Sequence record: MK327937.1
DNA: 64,000 nucleotides
Origin: Escherichia phage vB_EcoM_G10400
Direction: 5' to 3' (one strand)
The position numbers and the translations under genes were made by a program. Below the pieces are notes generated by a model. That model was given only the letters and a program-made list of their open reading frames with translations. It made no database searches and was not told where the DNA came from. Shown piece after piece: positions 38,502 to 49,082 of this stretch (positions are counted from its first letter, which is position 1; every line of letters starts with the position of its first letter).

Positions 38502-39311
38502 ATGCTTAAAGAACAACTGATTGCCGAAGCGCAGAAAATTGATGCTTCCGTTGCTCTTGATAGTATTTTCGAATCAGTTAATATTTCTCCGGAAGCAAAA
38601 GAAACTTTCGGCACTGTATTCGAAGCTACCGTCAAGCAGCACGCCGTTAAATTAGCTGAATCTCATATCGCTAAAATTGCTGAAAAAGCAGAAGAAGAAG
38701 TAGAAAAAAATAAAGAAGAAGCAGAAGAAAAAGCTGAGAAGAAAATCGCTGAGCAAGCTTCTAAATTCCTTGACCATCTTGCAAAAGAATGGCTCACTGA
38801 AAATAAATTAGCAGTAGATAAAGGTATCAAAGCCGAACTGTTTGAATCCATGCTTGGTGGATTGAAAGAGCTCTTCGTTGAACACAACGTTGTTGTTCCA
38901 GAAGAATCAGTTGATGTTGTAGCTGAAATGGAAGAAGAACTGCAAGAACATAAAGAAGAATCAGCTCGTCTGTTCGAAGAACTCAATAAGCGTGACGCAT
39001 ATATCAATTATGTGCAGCGTGAAGTGGCATTGAGCGAAAGTACTAAAGATCTGACTGAGTCTCAAAAAGAAAAAGTCTCTGCTCTGGTCGAAGGTATGGA
39101 TTATTCAGATGCATTCTCAAGTAAATTGAGTGCAATCGTAGAAATGGTGAAGAAATCTAATAAAGATGAAAGCACTATTACTGAGAGTATAAATACTCCT
39201 GATACTGAAGCAGCCGGACTGAATTTCGTCACTGAAGCTGTAGAAGATAAATCTGCACAAGGTGCAGAAGATATTGTAAGTGTATATGCGAAAGTCGCAT
39301 CTCGTTTCTAA
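38502..39311 (+). CDS. 22: prohead core scaffold protein gp22
   Basis: 269 aa, acidic coiled-coil; length and order match T4. Confidence 0.9.
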   Translation: MLKEQLIAEAQKIDASVALDSIFESVNISPEAKETFGTVFEATVKQHAVKLAESHIAKIAEKAEEEVEKNKEEAEEKAEKKIAEQASKFLDHLAKEWLTENKLAVDKGIKAELFESMLGGLKELFVEHNVVVPEESVDVVAEMEEELQEHKEESARLFEELNKRDAYINYVQREVALSESTKDLTESQKEKVSALVEGMDYSDAFSSKLSAIVEMVKKSNKDESTITESINTPDTEAAGLNFVTEAVEDKSAQGAEDIVSVYAKVASRF

Positions 39312-39329
39312 TTTTAAAGGTTAACACAA

Positions 39330-40895
39330 ATGACTATCAAAACTAAAGCTGAACTTTTGAACAAATGGAAGCCATTACTGGAAGGTGAAGGTTTACCGGA
39401 AATTGCTAATAGCAAACAAGCGATTATCGCTAAAATCTTTGAAAACCAGGAAAAAGATTTCCAGACAGCTCCGGAATATAAAGACGAAAAAATTGCTCAG
39501 GCATTCGGTTCTTTCTTAACAGAAGCTGAAATCGGTGGTGACCACGGTTACAATGCTACCAACATCGCCGCAGGTCAGACTTCTGGCGCAGTAACTCAGA
39601 TTGGCCCAGCTGTTATGGGTATGGTACGTCGTGCTATTCCTAACCTGATTGCTTTCGATATTTGTGGTGTTCAGCCAATGAACAGCCCGACTGGCCAGGT
39701 ATTCGCGCTGCGCGCAGTATATGGTAAAGATCCAATCGCTTCCGGCGCTAAAGAAGCATTCCACCCAATGTATGGTCCAGATGCAATGTTCTCTGGTCAG
39801 GGTGCTGCTAAGAAATTCGCTGCTTTGAAAGCAAGTGATACTCTTGAAGTCGGAACTATTTACACTCACTTCTTCCAGGAAACTGGTACAGTATATCTGC
39901 AAGCTACAGCAGCTAAACAAATTGATTCAGGCGCATCTGACGCAGACAAATTAGATGCTGAAATTAAGAAACAAATGGAAGCTGGTGTACTGGTAGAAAT
40001 CGCTGAAGGTATGGCTACTTCTATCGCTGAACTTCAGGAAGGTTTCAACGGTTCTACCGATAACCCATGGAATGAAATGGGCTTCCGTATCGATAAACAA
40101 GTTATCGAAGCTAAATCTCGTCAGCTGAAAGCTGCTTACTCTATTGAATTAGCACAAGACCTTCGCGCTGTTCACGGTATGGATGCTGATGCTGAACTGT
40201 CTGGTATTCTGGCTACCGAAATTATGCTGGAAATCAACCGCGAAGTTGTTGATTGGATTAACTACTCCGCTCAGGTTGGTAAATCTGGTATGACCCTGAC
40301 TCCGGGTTCTAAAGCTGGTGTATTTGACTTCCAGGACCCAATCGATATTCGTGGTGCTCGCTGGGCAGGTGAATCCTTTAAAGCTCTGTTGTTCCAGATT
40401 GACAAAGAAGCAGTTGAAATTGCTCGTCAGACTGGTCGCGGCGAAGGTAACTTCATTATCGCTTCCCGTAACGTAGTTAACGTTCTGGCTTCAGTTGATA
40501 CCGGCATTTCTTATGCTGCACAAGGTCTGGCTACTGGCTTTAACACTGATACTACCAAGTCAGTATTTGCTGGTGTTCTGGGTGGTAAATACCGTGTATA
40601 TATCGACCAGTATGCTAAACAGGATTATTTCACCGTAGGTTATAAAGGTCCGAACGAAATGGATGCTGGTATTTACTATGCTCCATATGTAGCTCTGACT
40701 CCGCTGCGTGGTTCTGATCCGAAGAACTTCCAACCGGTAATGGGATTCAAAACTCGTTACGGTATCGGTATCAACCCATTTGCAGAATCCGCTGCTCAGG
40801 CTCCGGCTTCTCGCATCCAGAGCGGTATGCCTTCTATTCTGAATAGCCTTGGTAAAAACGCTTACTTCCGCCGTGTATATGTTAAAGGTATCTAA
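39330..40895 (+). CDS. 23: major capsid protein gp23
   Basis: 521 aa; N-terminus MTIKTKAELLNKWKPLLEGEG recalled as T4 gp23. Confidence 0.95.
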   Translation: MTIKTKAELLNKWKPLLEGEGLPEIANSKQAIIAKIFENQEKDFQTAPEYKDEKIAQAFGSFLTEAEIGGDHGYNATNIAAGQTSGAVTQIGPAVMGMVRRAIPNLIAFDICGVQPMNSPTGQVFALRAVYGKDPIASGAKEAFHPMYGPDAMFSGQGAAKKFAALKASDTLEVGTIYTHFFQETGTVYLQATAAKQIDSGASDADKLDAEIKKQMEAGVLVEIAEGMATSIAELQEGFNGSTDNPWNEMGFRIDKQVIEAKSRQLKAAYSIELAQDLRAVHGMDADAELSGILATEIMLEINREVVDWINYSAQVGKSGMTLTPGSKAGVFDFQDPIDIRGARWAGESFKALLFQIDKEAVEIARQTGRGEGNFIIASRNVVNVLASVDTGISYAAQGLATGFNTDTTKSVFAGVLGGKYRVYIDQYAKQDYFTVGYKGPNEMDAGIYYAPYVALTPLRGSDPKNFQPVMGFKTRYGIGINPFAESAAQAPASRIQSGMPSILNSLGKNAYFRRVYVKGI

Positions 40896-40910
40896 TCTTT
40901 GACGATTTAA

Positions 40911-40951
40911 GGGACCTTCGGGTCCCTTTAGTTGTTTTTATGGTATAAATA
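40911..40951 (+). promoter_or_regulatory. terminator hairpin after gene 23 (40911-40926) plus late promoter TATAAATA (40944-40951) for gene 24
   Basis: gggaccttcgggtccc hairpin, then TATAAATA ~27 nt upstream of the gp24 ATG. Confidence 0.65.
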
Positions 40952-40978
40952 AATCATATAAACTGAAAGGAAAGCGCA

Positions 40979-42262
40979 ATGGCTAAAATCAACGAACTTC
41001 TGCGCGAATCAACCACAACGAATAGCAACTCAATCGGTCGCCCAAATCTCGTTGCTTTGACTCGCGCTACCACTAAATTAATATATTCTGACATTGTAGC
41101 AACGCAAAGAACTAATCAACCTGTTGCTGCTTTTTATGGTATCAAATACCTTAACCCGGATAACGAATTTACATTTAAAACTGGTGCTACTTACGCCGGC
41201 GAAGCTGGATATGTAGACCGAGAACAAATCACAGAATTAACAGAAGAGTCTAAATTAACTCTCAATAAGGGCGATTTATTCAAATATAATAATATCGTTT
41301 ATAAAGTATTAGAAGATACACCATTTGCTGATATTGAAGAAAGCGATTTAGAATTAGCTCTTCAGATTGCAATTGTTCTTTTAAAGGTTCGTCTATTTTC
41401 TGACGCAGCGTCAACAAGCAAATTTGAAAGCTCTGATAGTGAAATTGCGGATGCTAGATTCCAGATTAATAAATGGCAAACCGCAGTTAAATCTCGTAAA
41501 CTTAAAACTGGTATCACAGTTGAATTAGCACAAGATTTAGAAGCAAATGGATTCGATGCTCCTAATTTCTTGGAAGATTTGCTTGCAACCGAAATGGCAG
41601 ATGAAATCAATAAAGATATTCTGCAGTCTTTGATTACAGTGTCAAAACGCTATAAAGTTACAGGAATTACTGATACTGGATTCATCGATTTGAGTTATGC
41701 ATCTGCACCTGAAGCTGGTCGTTCATTATACCGAATGGTATGTGAAATGGTTTCACATATCCAGAAAGAATCAACTTATACAGCAACGTTCTGTGTTGCT
41801 TCAGCTCGTGCCGCTGCGATTCTTGCTGCATCAGGTTGGTTAAAACATAAACCAGAAGATGACAAATATCTTTCACAAAATGCCTACGGGTTCTTAGCTA
41901 ATGGTTTACCGCTTTATTGCGATACCAACAGCCCATTAGATTATGTAATCGTTGGCGTAGTAGAAAATATCGGTGAAAAAGAAATTGTTGGATCAATTTT
42001 CTATGCTCCGTATACAGAAGGTCTTGACTTAGATGACCCTGAACATGTAGGTGCATTTAAAGTTGTAGTTGATCCAGAAAGTTTGCAGCCATCTATCGGT
42101 TTATTAGTTAGATATGCTTTATCTGCAAATCCTTACACTGTAGCAAAAGATGAAAAAGAAGCAAGAGTAATTGATGGTGGAGACATGGATAAAATGGCGG
42201 GTCGTTCAGATTTGTCTGTTTTATTAGGTGTTAAGCTACCAAAAATTATCATTGATGAATAA
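40979..42262 (+). CDS. 24: capsid vertex protein gp24
   Basis: 427 aa paralog of gp23; no segD-like ORF lies between 23 and 24 here. Confidence 0.9.
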   Translation: MAKINELLRESTTTNSNSIGRPNLVALTRATTKLIYSDIVATQRTNQPVAAFYGIKYLNPDNEFTFKTGATYAGEAGYVDREQITELTEESKLTLNKGDLFKYNNIVYKVLEDTPFADIEESDLELALQIAIVLLKVRLFSDAASTSKFESSDSEIADARFQINKWQTAVKSRKLKTGITVELAQDLEANGFDAPNFLEDLLATEMADEINKDILQSLITVSKRYKVTGITDTGFIDLSYASAPEAGRSLYRMVCEMVSHIQKESTYTATFCVASARAAAILAASGWLKHKPEDDKYLSQNAYGFLANGLPLYCDTNSPLDYVIVGVVENIGEKEIVGSIFYAPYTEGLDLDDPEHVGAFKVVVDPESLQPSIGLLVRYALSANPYTVAKDEKEARVIDGGDMDKMAGRSDLSVLLGVKLPKIIIDE

Positions 42263-42268
42263 AACAAA

Positions 42269-42284
42269 GGGACCTTTCGGTCCC
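42269..42284. terminator. bidirectional terminator between gene 24 (+) and rnlB (-)
   Basis: gggacctttcggtccc perfect hairpin flanked by A/T runs on both sides. Confidence 0.65.
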
Positions 42285-42291
42285 TTTTTAT

Positions 42292-43296
42292 TTAACTTAC
42301 CAATTCAATCCAAGCCGGACGAAGTACATCTTGTACCATTTTAACTAATTCCTTCTTAATCAAAGAAGGATTATCCGCTTGAGTTAGAGTAATACCTTCA
42401 CGAGAAGTTTCTTCCAAAATATCTTGAACCGTTAGTCCCATCACCTTTCCAAAATCTTTTGGACCAATTTCACCAATTTTAGAAATAACGTTATTTACTC
42501 GGTTCAGTGTAACATAACAAGCTAAAATTCCCAGCAATTTATTATCAGCTTCTGACAACTCAACTTTAGCTTTAATAGGCTTATCAGACTTTTTCTTTTC
42601 ACTAAATTTAGAGTTCTTGCATTTGATGGCTACACGATTGCGATTAGGCAGCCAAGAAGGATAACAAGGTTTCAATACATATCCTTCAGCGGTAAATACT
42701 TCGCCTTTTGCTTCAGCATTCCAAACGCATTTATTTGCATCAACTAATCCAGCATGGTCTACCGTAAAATTATAATCCTGTACGACAGAATCTAAATCAT
42801 TTGGCAATTTAATAAGTTCTTCAAATTTACCACGACCTAAAAGTGGAGCCATTTTAAATTTAAATGTATTACAGAATGATTCCATCATATAATCATCGAC
42901 ATAAATTACATCACCACTTTCTGTAGTAACAATAATGTCAAATACATAAAAATCTTTATCACCATAATCGACATTCTTCTGAATGCCAGGTCCGGCGAAT
43001 TCACCAAAGACTTGATAAGATACAACCGCTGAAGTTTCCATAATATCTTGTACTGCTTTAATGGAATCAGCGTAATTCTTCAAAATAATTTCATACCCAA
43101 AGAAATCTTCAGCAGGAAGAATAGGACCAGTTCGTTTAGCACAAGTTACTTTATCACGCTCAATAATCAATGAGAAATTTGTGCCGTGAATCTTTTCACG
43201 AGCTACCCATTCGCCGCCAGTCAATCCTAAACTGTAAAGTTTTTCAATAAATTTAGAGTTGTAATGATTTTCAAGACTGCTATACTTTTTAAACAT
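42292..43296 (-). CDS. rnlB: RNA ligase 2 (Rnl2)
   Basis: 334 aa; ligase motif I around EKIHGTN; N-terminus [25 protein letters not shown]. Confidence 0.9.
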   Translation of the reverse strand: MFKKYSSLENHYNSKFIEKLYSLGLTGGEWVAREKIHGTNFSLIIERDKVTCAKRTGPILPAEDFFGYEIILKNYADSIKAVQDIMETSAVVSYQVFGEFAGPGIQKNVDYGDKDFYVFDIIVTTESGDVIYVDDYMMESFCNTFKFKMAPLLGRGKFEELIKLPNDLDSVVQDYNFTVDHAGLVDANKCVWNAEAKGEVFTAEGYVLKPCYPSWLPNRNRVAIKCKNSKFSEKKKSDKPIKAKVELSEADNKLLGILACYVTLNRVNNVISKIGEIGPKDFGKVMGLTVQDILEETSREGITLTQADNPSLIKKELVKMVQDVLRPAWIELVS

Positions 43297-43305
43297 AATT
43301 AATCC

Positions 43306-43584
43306 TCAAAATGTAATTTCTAACCAATCACCATCACGCTGATCACTATTGACTTTAAAGCTAAATCCTTCTTTTCTCAGCCAATCACCAATTTCTTCAG
43401 TAATCAATTTATCGCGAGCAGTACAATAATAACTAAAATATGTTTTACCTTGTTCAGCTGCTTTATTAGCAAGTTCCGAAAAATCTTTAATAAAACACTC
43501 TAGCTTAAACTGTTTACTTTTAAGTGCTTTTTCGCGTAATCGATTAGCAAAAGATTCATTTTCATAAAGATCATACTGTTCCAT
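43306..43584 (-). CDS. hypothetical protein (24.2-like by position)
   Basis: 92-aa ORF between rnlB and hoc. Confidence 0.5.
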   Translation of the reverse strand: MEQYDLYENESFANRLREKALKSKQFKLECFIKDFSELANKAAEQGKTYFSYYCTARDKLITEEIGDWLRKEGFSFKVNSDQRDGDWLEITF

Positions 43585-43587
43585 TTT

Positions 43588-43785
43588 TCACCTTTTATTA
43601 ATATGTCTTTTTCTATAGACAACTTTTTCTCGAGTTTCAAATTTATTCTTAGCAGTCATAGCTCGAGCCCATAATACAGCCACTTCTTTCGCCTGTAAGT
43701 TTAATTCACGAGCAATTTCAATGAATGACTTTCCAGACTCATGAAGAGTAAACACCACAACCTCAGTTCTCATAATCAATCTCAT
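43588..43785 (-). CDS. hypothetical small basic protein, possible HTH (24.3-like by position)
   Basis: 65-aa ORF with an HTH-like segment SFIEIARELNLQAKEV. Confidence 0.45.
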   Translation of the reverse strand: MRLIMRTEVVVFTLHESGKSFIEIARELNLQAKEVAVLWARAMTAKNKFETREKVVYRKRHINKR

Positions 43786-43886
43786 GTTATCGAGTTGATG
43801 CCATTATATACATCATTTTCTGAGTATGTTTTGTGTGCTTTCAAAATGAAGAAAGGGGCCGAAGCCCCTTATGATTATGATTATGA

Positions 43887-45305
43887 TTATGGATAGGTAT
43901 AGATGATACCAGTTTCTAAAGCAGTTTTATGAATGATGTATCCATTGCGTGATTCTTGAACATCAACTTCTGGATAGTCTTTCATCATCTTCTGAAGAGT
44001 GTAACGATGCAGGTAGTATTTACTGTCTGGATCTTCAGTTTTCCAATCTTTACCTTCTTCGGTCATTTTTTGGATTTCATCCATAACCCACCAACCGCAC
44101 CAGATATAAGCTGAAGTACGATGTGGAAGAGGATGAACATAAGGTAATTCACCTTCTGGCTCTGGAGCAACTTTATCAGTTACCTGAACTTGACCTTCCG
44201 CCGTAATAGTTTTGCTATCATAATCAGTTGCAGTAACGACAGCAGTAACTTCAATAGTTTGACTTCCAATAGATGAGGTATCAACGGTATATACATTAGT
44301 TGACCCTTCTACAGGAGAAGAATCTTTCTTCCATGAATACGCAATTTGCGCTTCTTCTGGAGCATCAGTGACATTAGCAGTAAATGTAGCCGAAGCATCT
44401 TGTTGAACGTTAATAGAAGGAGGAGTCAATGTAACCTGTGGATTCATTGTCTTCTTATTAACTGTTAATGATACTTCATTCGAAGTAACTTCCTTTTCAT
44501 TGTAATTTTCAGCAGTTACTTGGGCTACGCATTTAATTCTTTTTACTCCACTTGTAGTAGGAGTATAGCTAAATGTAGCGTTAGTTGCTTCACCCACAGG
44601 AGAATCATCTACATACCACTGATACGTAGCAGATGCCCCATCAGGTTGAGAAGCTAAGGCAGCAGTAAATTCAACGGCTGTTCCAATCACTCCAGCTGGA
44701 GGACTATCAGGAGTTACTGCCAAGGTAGTCGTCTGCGTCTTTTTATTAACAGTCAATGATACTTCATTAGAAGTAACGCTTAGTGCATCATAATCTGCCG
44801 CAGTTACTTGAGCTACACACTTGATTTTTTTAACTCCGCTTGTGTCAGGAGTGTAATTGAATGTAGCGTCAGTTGCTTCGTCTACAGGAGAACCGTCAAC
44901 GTGCCATTGATACGTAGCGTTTGCACCTGATGGCTGTGAAGCTAAGGCAGCGGTAAATTCAATTGGAGTTCCAATCACTCCAGCATCAGGGCTACCAGGA
45001 GTTACAGCTAAAGTAGTTGTTTGTGTCTTATTTTGAACTGTGATAGTTGTACTAATTTCTGCTGTTTCAGGTTCAGATTCTGCAACTTGATTGGTTGCAA
45101 CTACTTTAATAGTCTTTTGACCGGCAGGTCCTTTTAGTACATAACTAAAAGTTGCTGACGTTTCTTCCTGTGGAGCGTCGTCTACAGTCCAAGCATATGT
45201 AATAGGTCCATCTCCAGTTTGACCACTGGGTGTAGCAGTAAACTGCTGAGTCTGATCTATAACTCCAGTAGGTGTTTTAGGAGTTATATCAACTGTAAAA
45301 GCCAT
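43887..45305 (-). CDS. hoc: highly antigenic outer capsid protein Hoc with four Ig-like domains
   Basis: 472 aa; repeated Ig-like modules (two near-identical ~96-aa repeats) plus a C-terminal capsid-binding region. Confidence 0.85.
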   Translation of the reverse strand: MAFTVDITPKTPTGVIDQTQQFTATPSGQTGDGPITYAWTVDDAPQEETSATFSYVLKGPAGQKTIKVVATNQVAESEPETAEISTTITVQNKTQTTTLAVTPGSPDAGVIGTPIEFTAALASQPSGANATYQWHVDGSPVDEATDATFNYTPDTSGVKKIKCVAQVTAADYDALSVTSNEVSLTVNKKTQTTTLAVTPDSPPAGVIGTAVEFTAALASQPDGASATYQWYVDDSPVGEATNATFSYTPTTSGVKRIKCVAQVTAENYNEKEVTSNEVSLTVNKKTMNPQVTLTPPSINVQQDASATFTANVTDAPEEAQIAYSWKKDSSPVEGSTNVYTVDTSSIGSQTIEVTAVVTATDYDSKTITAEGQVQVTDKVAPEPEGELPYVHPLPHRTSAYIWCGWWVMDEIQKMTEEGKDWKTEDPDSKYYLHRYTLQKMMKDYPEVDVQESRNGYIIHKTALETGIIYTYP

Positions 45306-45314
45306 AAGTTATCC

Positions 45315-45995
45315 TTATTTTAATGTTACGAAAGAAGAATTACGTGTTTCACGAATTAGAACTGATCCGTCACGATTAATGTAGTAAATTAAGCTAAATA
45401 AAGTTTGGTGTGCCGACGCATGTTCAAAACTAGTTGGGTGAGATTTCCAATCTGGGGTTTCAGCAATCCATTGATAAATCCACCAAGGAACAGTGCAGAA
45501 TCCTGGATTTTTTCCAATCAGCTGAAGATTCGGACTAAAGTTTTCCGGAAGAGTAAATACAGACGGCTTTTCGGATTCAATAATCTCAGCTACAGCCTGT
45601 TCGAATTTTTCTTCAACAAAAGGAGTATCTTCAATTAAAACAGTGGTATTTTCAGGAATTTTATCCGTTTCTACTACTTCAATTTTAATGTCAGATTTAA
45701 CCGGAGAATCAATCAGAAGTGCTGCCTCTGGATTGACTTCTTCATCGTCATATTTTAATCCGTCTGCGGCATCAGCAGCATCAATTAAGTCTTTAATAGA
45801 TAACCCATCAGTCTCTGGCATAGGTTCACTAGCGAGCTTCTGGAGAGCTTCTTCAATATCATTAACGATATTATCAAAAGATTTATTCTTTTTGACCTTT
45901 ATACCAAACTGTTCAGCATATTCAGCTAATTTAGCTTTAGCTTCTTTATTATCATCAAGAGCCTTCAGCTCTGCAATATAATCTTTATCTATCAT
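45315..45995 (-). CDS. inh: Inh, inhibitor of prohead protease
   Basis: 226 aa; position between hoc and segE. Confidence 0.75.
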   Translation of the reverse strand: MIDKDYIAELKALDDNKEAKAKLAEYAEQFGIKVKKNKSFDNIVNDIEEALQKLASEPMPETDGLSIKDLIDAADAADGLKYDDEEVNPEAALLIDSPVKSDIKIEVVETDKIPENTTVLIEDTPFVEEKFEQAVAEIIESEKPSVFTLPENFSPNLQLIGKNPGFCTVPWWIYQWIAETPDWKSHPTSFEHASAHQTLFSLIYYINRDGSVLIRETRNSSFVTLK

Positions 45996-46017
45996 AATAT
46001 TTCCTCAGTATAAATAT

Positions 46018-46141
<124 letters not shown>

Positions 46142-46221
46142 TCAGCTCTGCAATATAATCTTTATCTATCATAATATTTCCTCAGTATAAATATAGATAT
46201 ATTTATTACTCGGAAAATAGT

Positions 46222-46839
46222 ATGTACCACTTTGTATATGAAACAACAAATCTAATAAATGGTAAAAAGTATATAGGAAAACACTCTACTGATGACTTGA
46301 ATGATGGTTACCTTGGTTCCGGTAAGGCAATTCAGCAGGCTATAAAGAAATATGGTGAAAACAATTTCTCTAGAACAATACTAAAAGAGTTTAAAACTTC
46401 CGAAGAAGCGTACATGTATGAAGAAGAAATTATAACTCCTGAAATAATAAAAAGCAAAAATTATTATAATATGAAACCTGGTGGAATTGGTGGAATTGTT
46501 ATGACTACAGAGGTTATAGCAAAGATGAAAGAATCTTCCGCTAAGAGATTTGAAAACTCACCGGGCACGGTATTAGGTACAACTTGTTACACTAATGGAA
46601 CTAAAAATATTTTTATTAAACCTGGAGAACTTGTTCCAGAAGGATTTGTAAAAGGAATGGTTCATCCTAATAGAAAGTCCAGAAAAGGATGTAAAGTCAA
46701 ACCGACTACCACAGGAACTTTTTGGGTCAATAACGGTGCAATAAATAAATTAATACAACCAGACGGTATTATTCCCGACGGATTTATTAAAGGTCGTCTC
46801 ATGAAAAGAGATTCTAAAGGCAAATTTAGTAAGGCATAA
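46222..46839 (+). CDS. segE: GIY-YIG homing endonuclease (SegE-like)
   Basis: 205 aa; MYHFVYETTNLINGKKYIGKHS...GYLGSG GIY-YIG motif; paralogous to SegB at 4591-5256. Confidence 0.8.
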   Translation: MYHFVYETTNLINGKKYIGKHSTDDLNDGYLGSGKAIQQAIKKYGENNFSRTILKEFKTSEEAYMYEEEIITPEIIKSKNYYNMKPGGIGGIVMTTEVIAKMKESSAKRFENSPGTVLGTTCYTNGTKNIFIKPGELVPEGFVKGMVHPNRKSRKGCKVKPTTTGTFWVNNGAINKLIQPDGIIPDGFIKGRLMKRDSKGKFSKA

Positions 46840-46841
46840 TT

Positions 46842-48350
46842 ATGGATATTAAAGTACATTTTCACGACTTCAGCCATGTACGCATCGATTGTGAAGAGAG
46901 CACGTTCCACGAATTAAGAGATTTCTTTTCGTTTGAGGCCGATGGATATAGATTTAATCCTCGCTTCAGATATGGCAACTGGGATGGACGAATCCGTCTT
47001 TTAGATTATAATCGTCTTCTTCCATTTGGCTTAGTCGGGCAAATTAAAAAGTTCTGTGATAACTTTGGCTATAAAGCCTGGATTGACCCACAAATTAACG
47101 AAAAAGAAGAATTATCAAGAAAAGATTTTGATGAATGGCTTTCTAAATTAGAAATCTATTCAGGAAATAAAAGAATTGAACCGCATTGGTATCAAAAAGA
47201 TGCAGTGTTCGAAGGATTAGTTAATCGTCGTAGAATTCTTAATCTTCCAACATCCGCTGGTAAATCTTTAATTCAAGCTTTGCTTGCGCGATATTATTTG
47301 GAAAATTATGAAGGCAAAATTCTTATCATTGTTCCAACAACTGCTCTGACAACTCAGATGGCTGATGACTTTGTTGACTATCGTTTATTCAGTCATGCAA
47401 TGATAAAGAAAATCGGCGGTGGAGCATCAAAAGATGATAAATATAAAAATGATGCACCGGTCGTTGTTGGTACATGGCAAACTGTAGTTAAACAACCAAA
47501 AGAATGGTTCTCACAGTTTGGAATGATGATGAATGATGAATGCCATCTTGCTACAGGAAAAAGTATTTCATCTATCATATCAGGTTTAAATAACTGTATG
47601 TTTAAATTTGGTCTATCTGGTTCATTACGTGATGGCAAAGCCAATATCATGCAGTATGTTGGAATGTTTGGTGAAATATTTAAGCCAGTAACGACTTCTA
47701 AGTTAATGGAAGATGGACAAGTAACTGAGCTAAAAATTAATAGTATTTTTCTTCGCTATCCCGATGAGTTCACTACTAAATTAAAGGGAAAAACTTATCA
47801 AGAAGAAATAAAAATTATTACTGGGCTTAGTAAAAGAAATAAATGGATCGCTAAATTAGCTATTAAGCTTGCGCAAAAAGATGAAAACGCTTTTGTCATG
47901 TTTAAACATGTATCACATGGTAAAGCTATTTTCGATTTAATTAAAAATGAATACGATAAAGTTTATTACGTATCAGGGGAAGTTGATACCGAAACCCGCA
48001 ATATAATGAAAACCTTAGCTGAAAATGGTAAAGGAATAATTATAGTAGCTAGTTATGGTGTATTTTCTACTGGTATTTCAGTTAAAAATCTGCATCACGT
48101 TGTTTTAGCGCACGGTGTTAAATCAAAAATCATTGTATTACAAACAATCGGTCGTGTATTACGTAAGCATGGTTCTAAGACAATAGCAACCGTCTGGGAC
48201 CTCATAGATGATTGTGGCGTTAAGCCAAAATCTGCTAATACGAAAAAGAAATATGTTCATTTGAACTATCTTTTAAAACACGGCATTGATCGTATTCAGC
48301 GCTACGCAGATGAAAAATTTAATTACGTAATGAAAACAGTTAATTTATAA
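46842..48350 (+). CDS. uvsW: UvsW ATP-dependent DNA/RNA helicase
   Basis: 502 aa; Walker A PTSAGKS, DECH box, SF2 helicase motifs. Confidence 0.9.
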   Translation: MDIKVHFHDFSHVRIDCEESTFHELRDFFSFEADGYRFNPRFRYGNWDGRIRLLDYNRLLPFGLVGQIKKFCDNFGYKAWIDPQINEKEELSRKDFDEWLSKLEIYSGNKRIEPHWYQKDAVFEGLVNRRRILNLPTSAGKSLIQALLARYYLENYEGKILIIVPTTALTTQMADDFVDYRLFSHAMIKKIGGGASKDDKYKNDAPVVVGTWQTVVKQPKEWFSQFGMMMNDECHLATGKSISSIISGLNNCMFKFGLSGSLRDGKANIMQYVGMFGEIFKPVTTSKLMEDGQVTELKINSIFLRYPDEFTTKLKGKTYQEEIKIITGLSKRNKWIAKLAIKLAQKDENAFVMFKHVSHGKAIFDLIKNEYDKVYYVSGEVDTETRNIMKTLAENGKGIIIVASYGVFSTGISVKNLHHVVLAHGVKSKIIVLQTIGRVLRKHGSKTIATVWDLIDDCGVKPKSANTKKKYVHLNYLLKHGIDRIQRYADEKFNYVMKTVNL

Positions 48351-48362
48351 GGGCTTCGGCCC
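48351..48362 (+). terminator. hairpin after uvsW
   Basis: gggcttcggccc hairpin with UUCG loop. Confidence 0.5.
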
Positions 48363-48363
48363 T

Positions 48364-48606
48364 TTGGAGAAAAAGATGTTACTAGAATTTAAACAATTTC
48401 TTTATGAAGCTTCTATTGATGAATTTATGGGTAAAATTGCCTCTTGTCAAACATTAGAAGGTTTAGAAGAACTTGAAGCTTATTATAAGAAAAGAGTTAA
48501 AGAAACTGAATTAAAAGATACTGATGACATCTCTGTGAGAGATGCTTTGGCAGGAAAAAGAGCTGAATTAGAAGATTCAGATGATGAAGTAGAAGAAAGC
48601 TTTTAA
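48364..48606 (+). CDS. UvsW.1-like small acidic protein
   Basis: 80-aa ORF immediately after uvsW. Confidence 0.6.
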   Translation: MEKKMLLEFKQFLYEASIDEFMGKIASCQTLEGLEELEAYYKKRVKETELKDTDDISVRDALAGKRAELEDSDDEVEESF

Positions 48607-48661
48607 ATTAAAAAAGGCCCAACCAAAAAGGAAGGGCCAAAACTATAGACTAAAGGTCACA

Positions 48662-48829
48662 CTATAGCAAAAGTTGTGTTTCATTTAATTGTTCTTCCGA
48701 ACTTTCTGAAACTGGTAGTTCTTTAATGTAATTATAGCAAGGCCCAGGATGTACAGGACCTTTGTCTGTTTCAACAACCAATGCAGAATCGATTGGAGTT
48801 TTACAGACAACACAAATCTTATCTGACAT
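48662..48829 (-). CDS. small Cys-containing ORF (55 aa; uvsY.-1-like by position), not in the ORF track
   Basis: Minus-strand ATG (rc of 48827-48829) with AGGAGA RBS 5 nt upstream; translation MSDKICVVCKTPIDSALVVETDKGPVHPGPCYNYIKELPVSESSEELLNETQLLL; CxxC pair. Confidence 0.4.
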   Translation of the reverse strand: MSDKICVVCKTPIDSALVVETDKGPVHPGPCYNYIKELPVSESSEEQLNETQLLL

Positions 48830-48857
48830 GATTGTCTCCTCTGAATTATATATCTAT

Positions 48858-49082
48858 TTATACAACTCTCATATGCATATCAATGCCCATATCTTTAGAA
48901 TAAAAATATTCATCAAGATATCCAGCAAATTTTCCTTTAATATAAAGGACATCTTCACCACACGGGTGGTCGGCCAGGATACGAATATCCTGACGCTTAA
49001 GATTATACTTTTTCATTAAGAATTGAATCTCAGTTTCAAATTCTTCTTCATAATTAAAAGCATCATCAATGCTATATCTCAT
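48858..49082 (-). CDS. hypothetical protein (uvsY.-2-like by position)
   Basis: 74-aa ORF directly downstream of uvsY. Confidence 0.55.
   Translation of the reverse strand: MRYSIDDAFNYEEEFETEIQFLMKKYNLKRQDIRILADHPCGEDVLYIKGKFAGYLDEYFYSKDMGIDMHMRVV

Noticed and set aside
43871-43892. (GATTAT)x3 microsatellite at the hoc stop codon
   Set aside because: Too short to be meaningful; it lies next to the hoc terminator hairpin and is probably chance.
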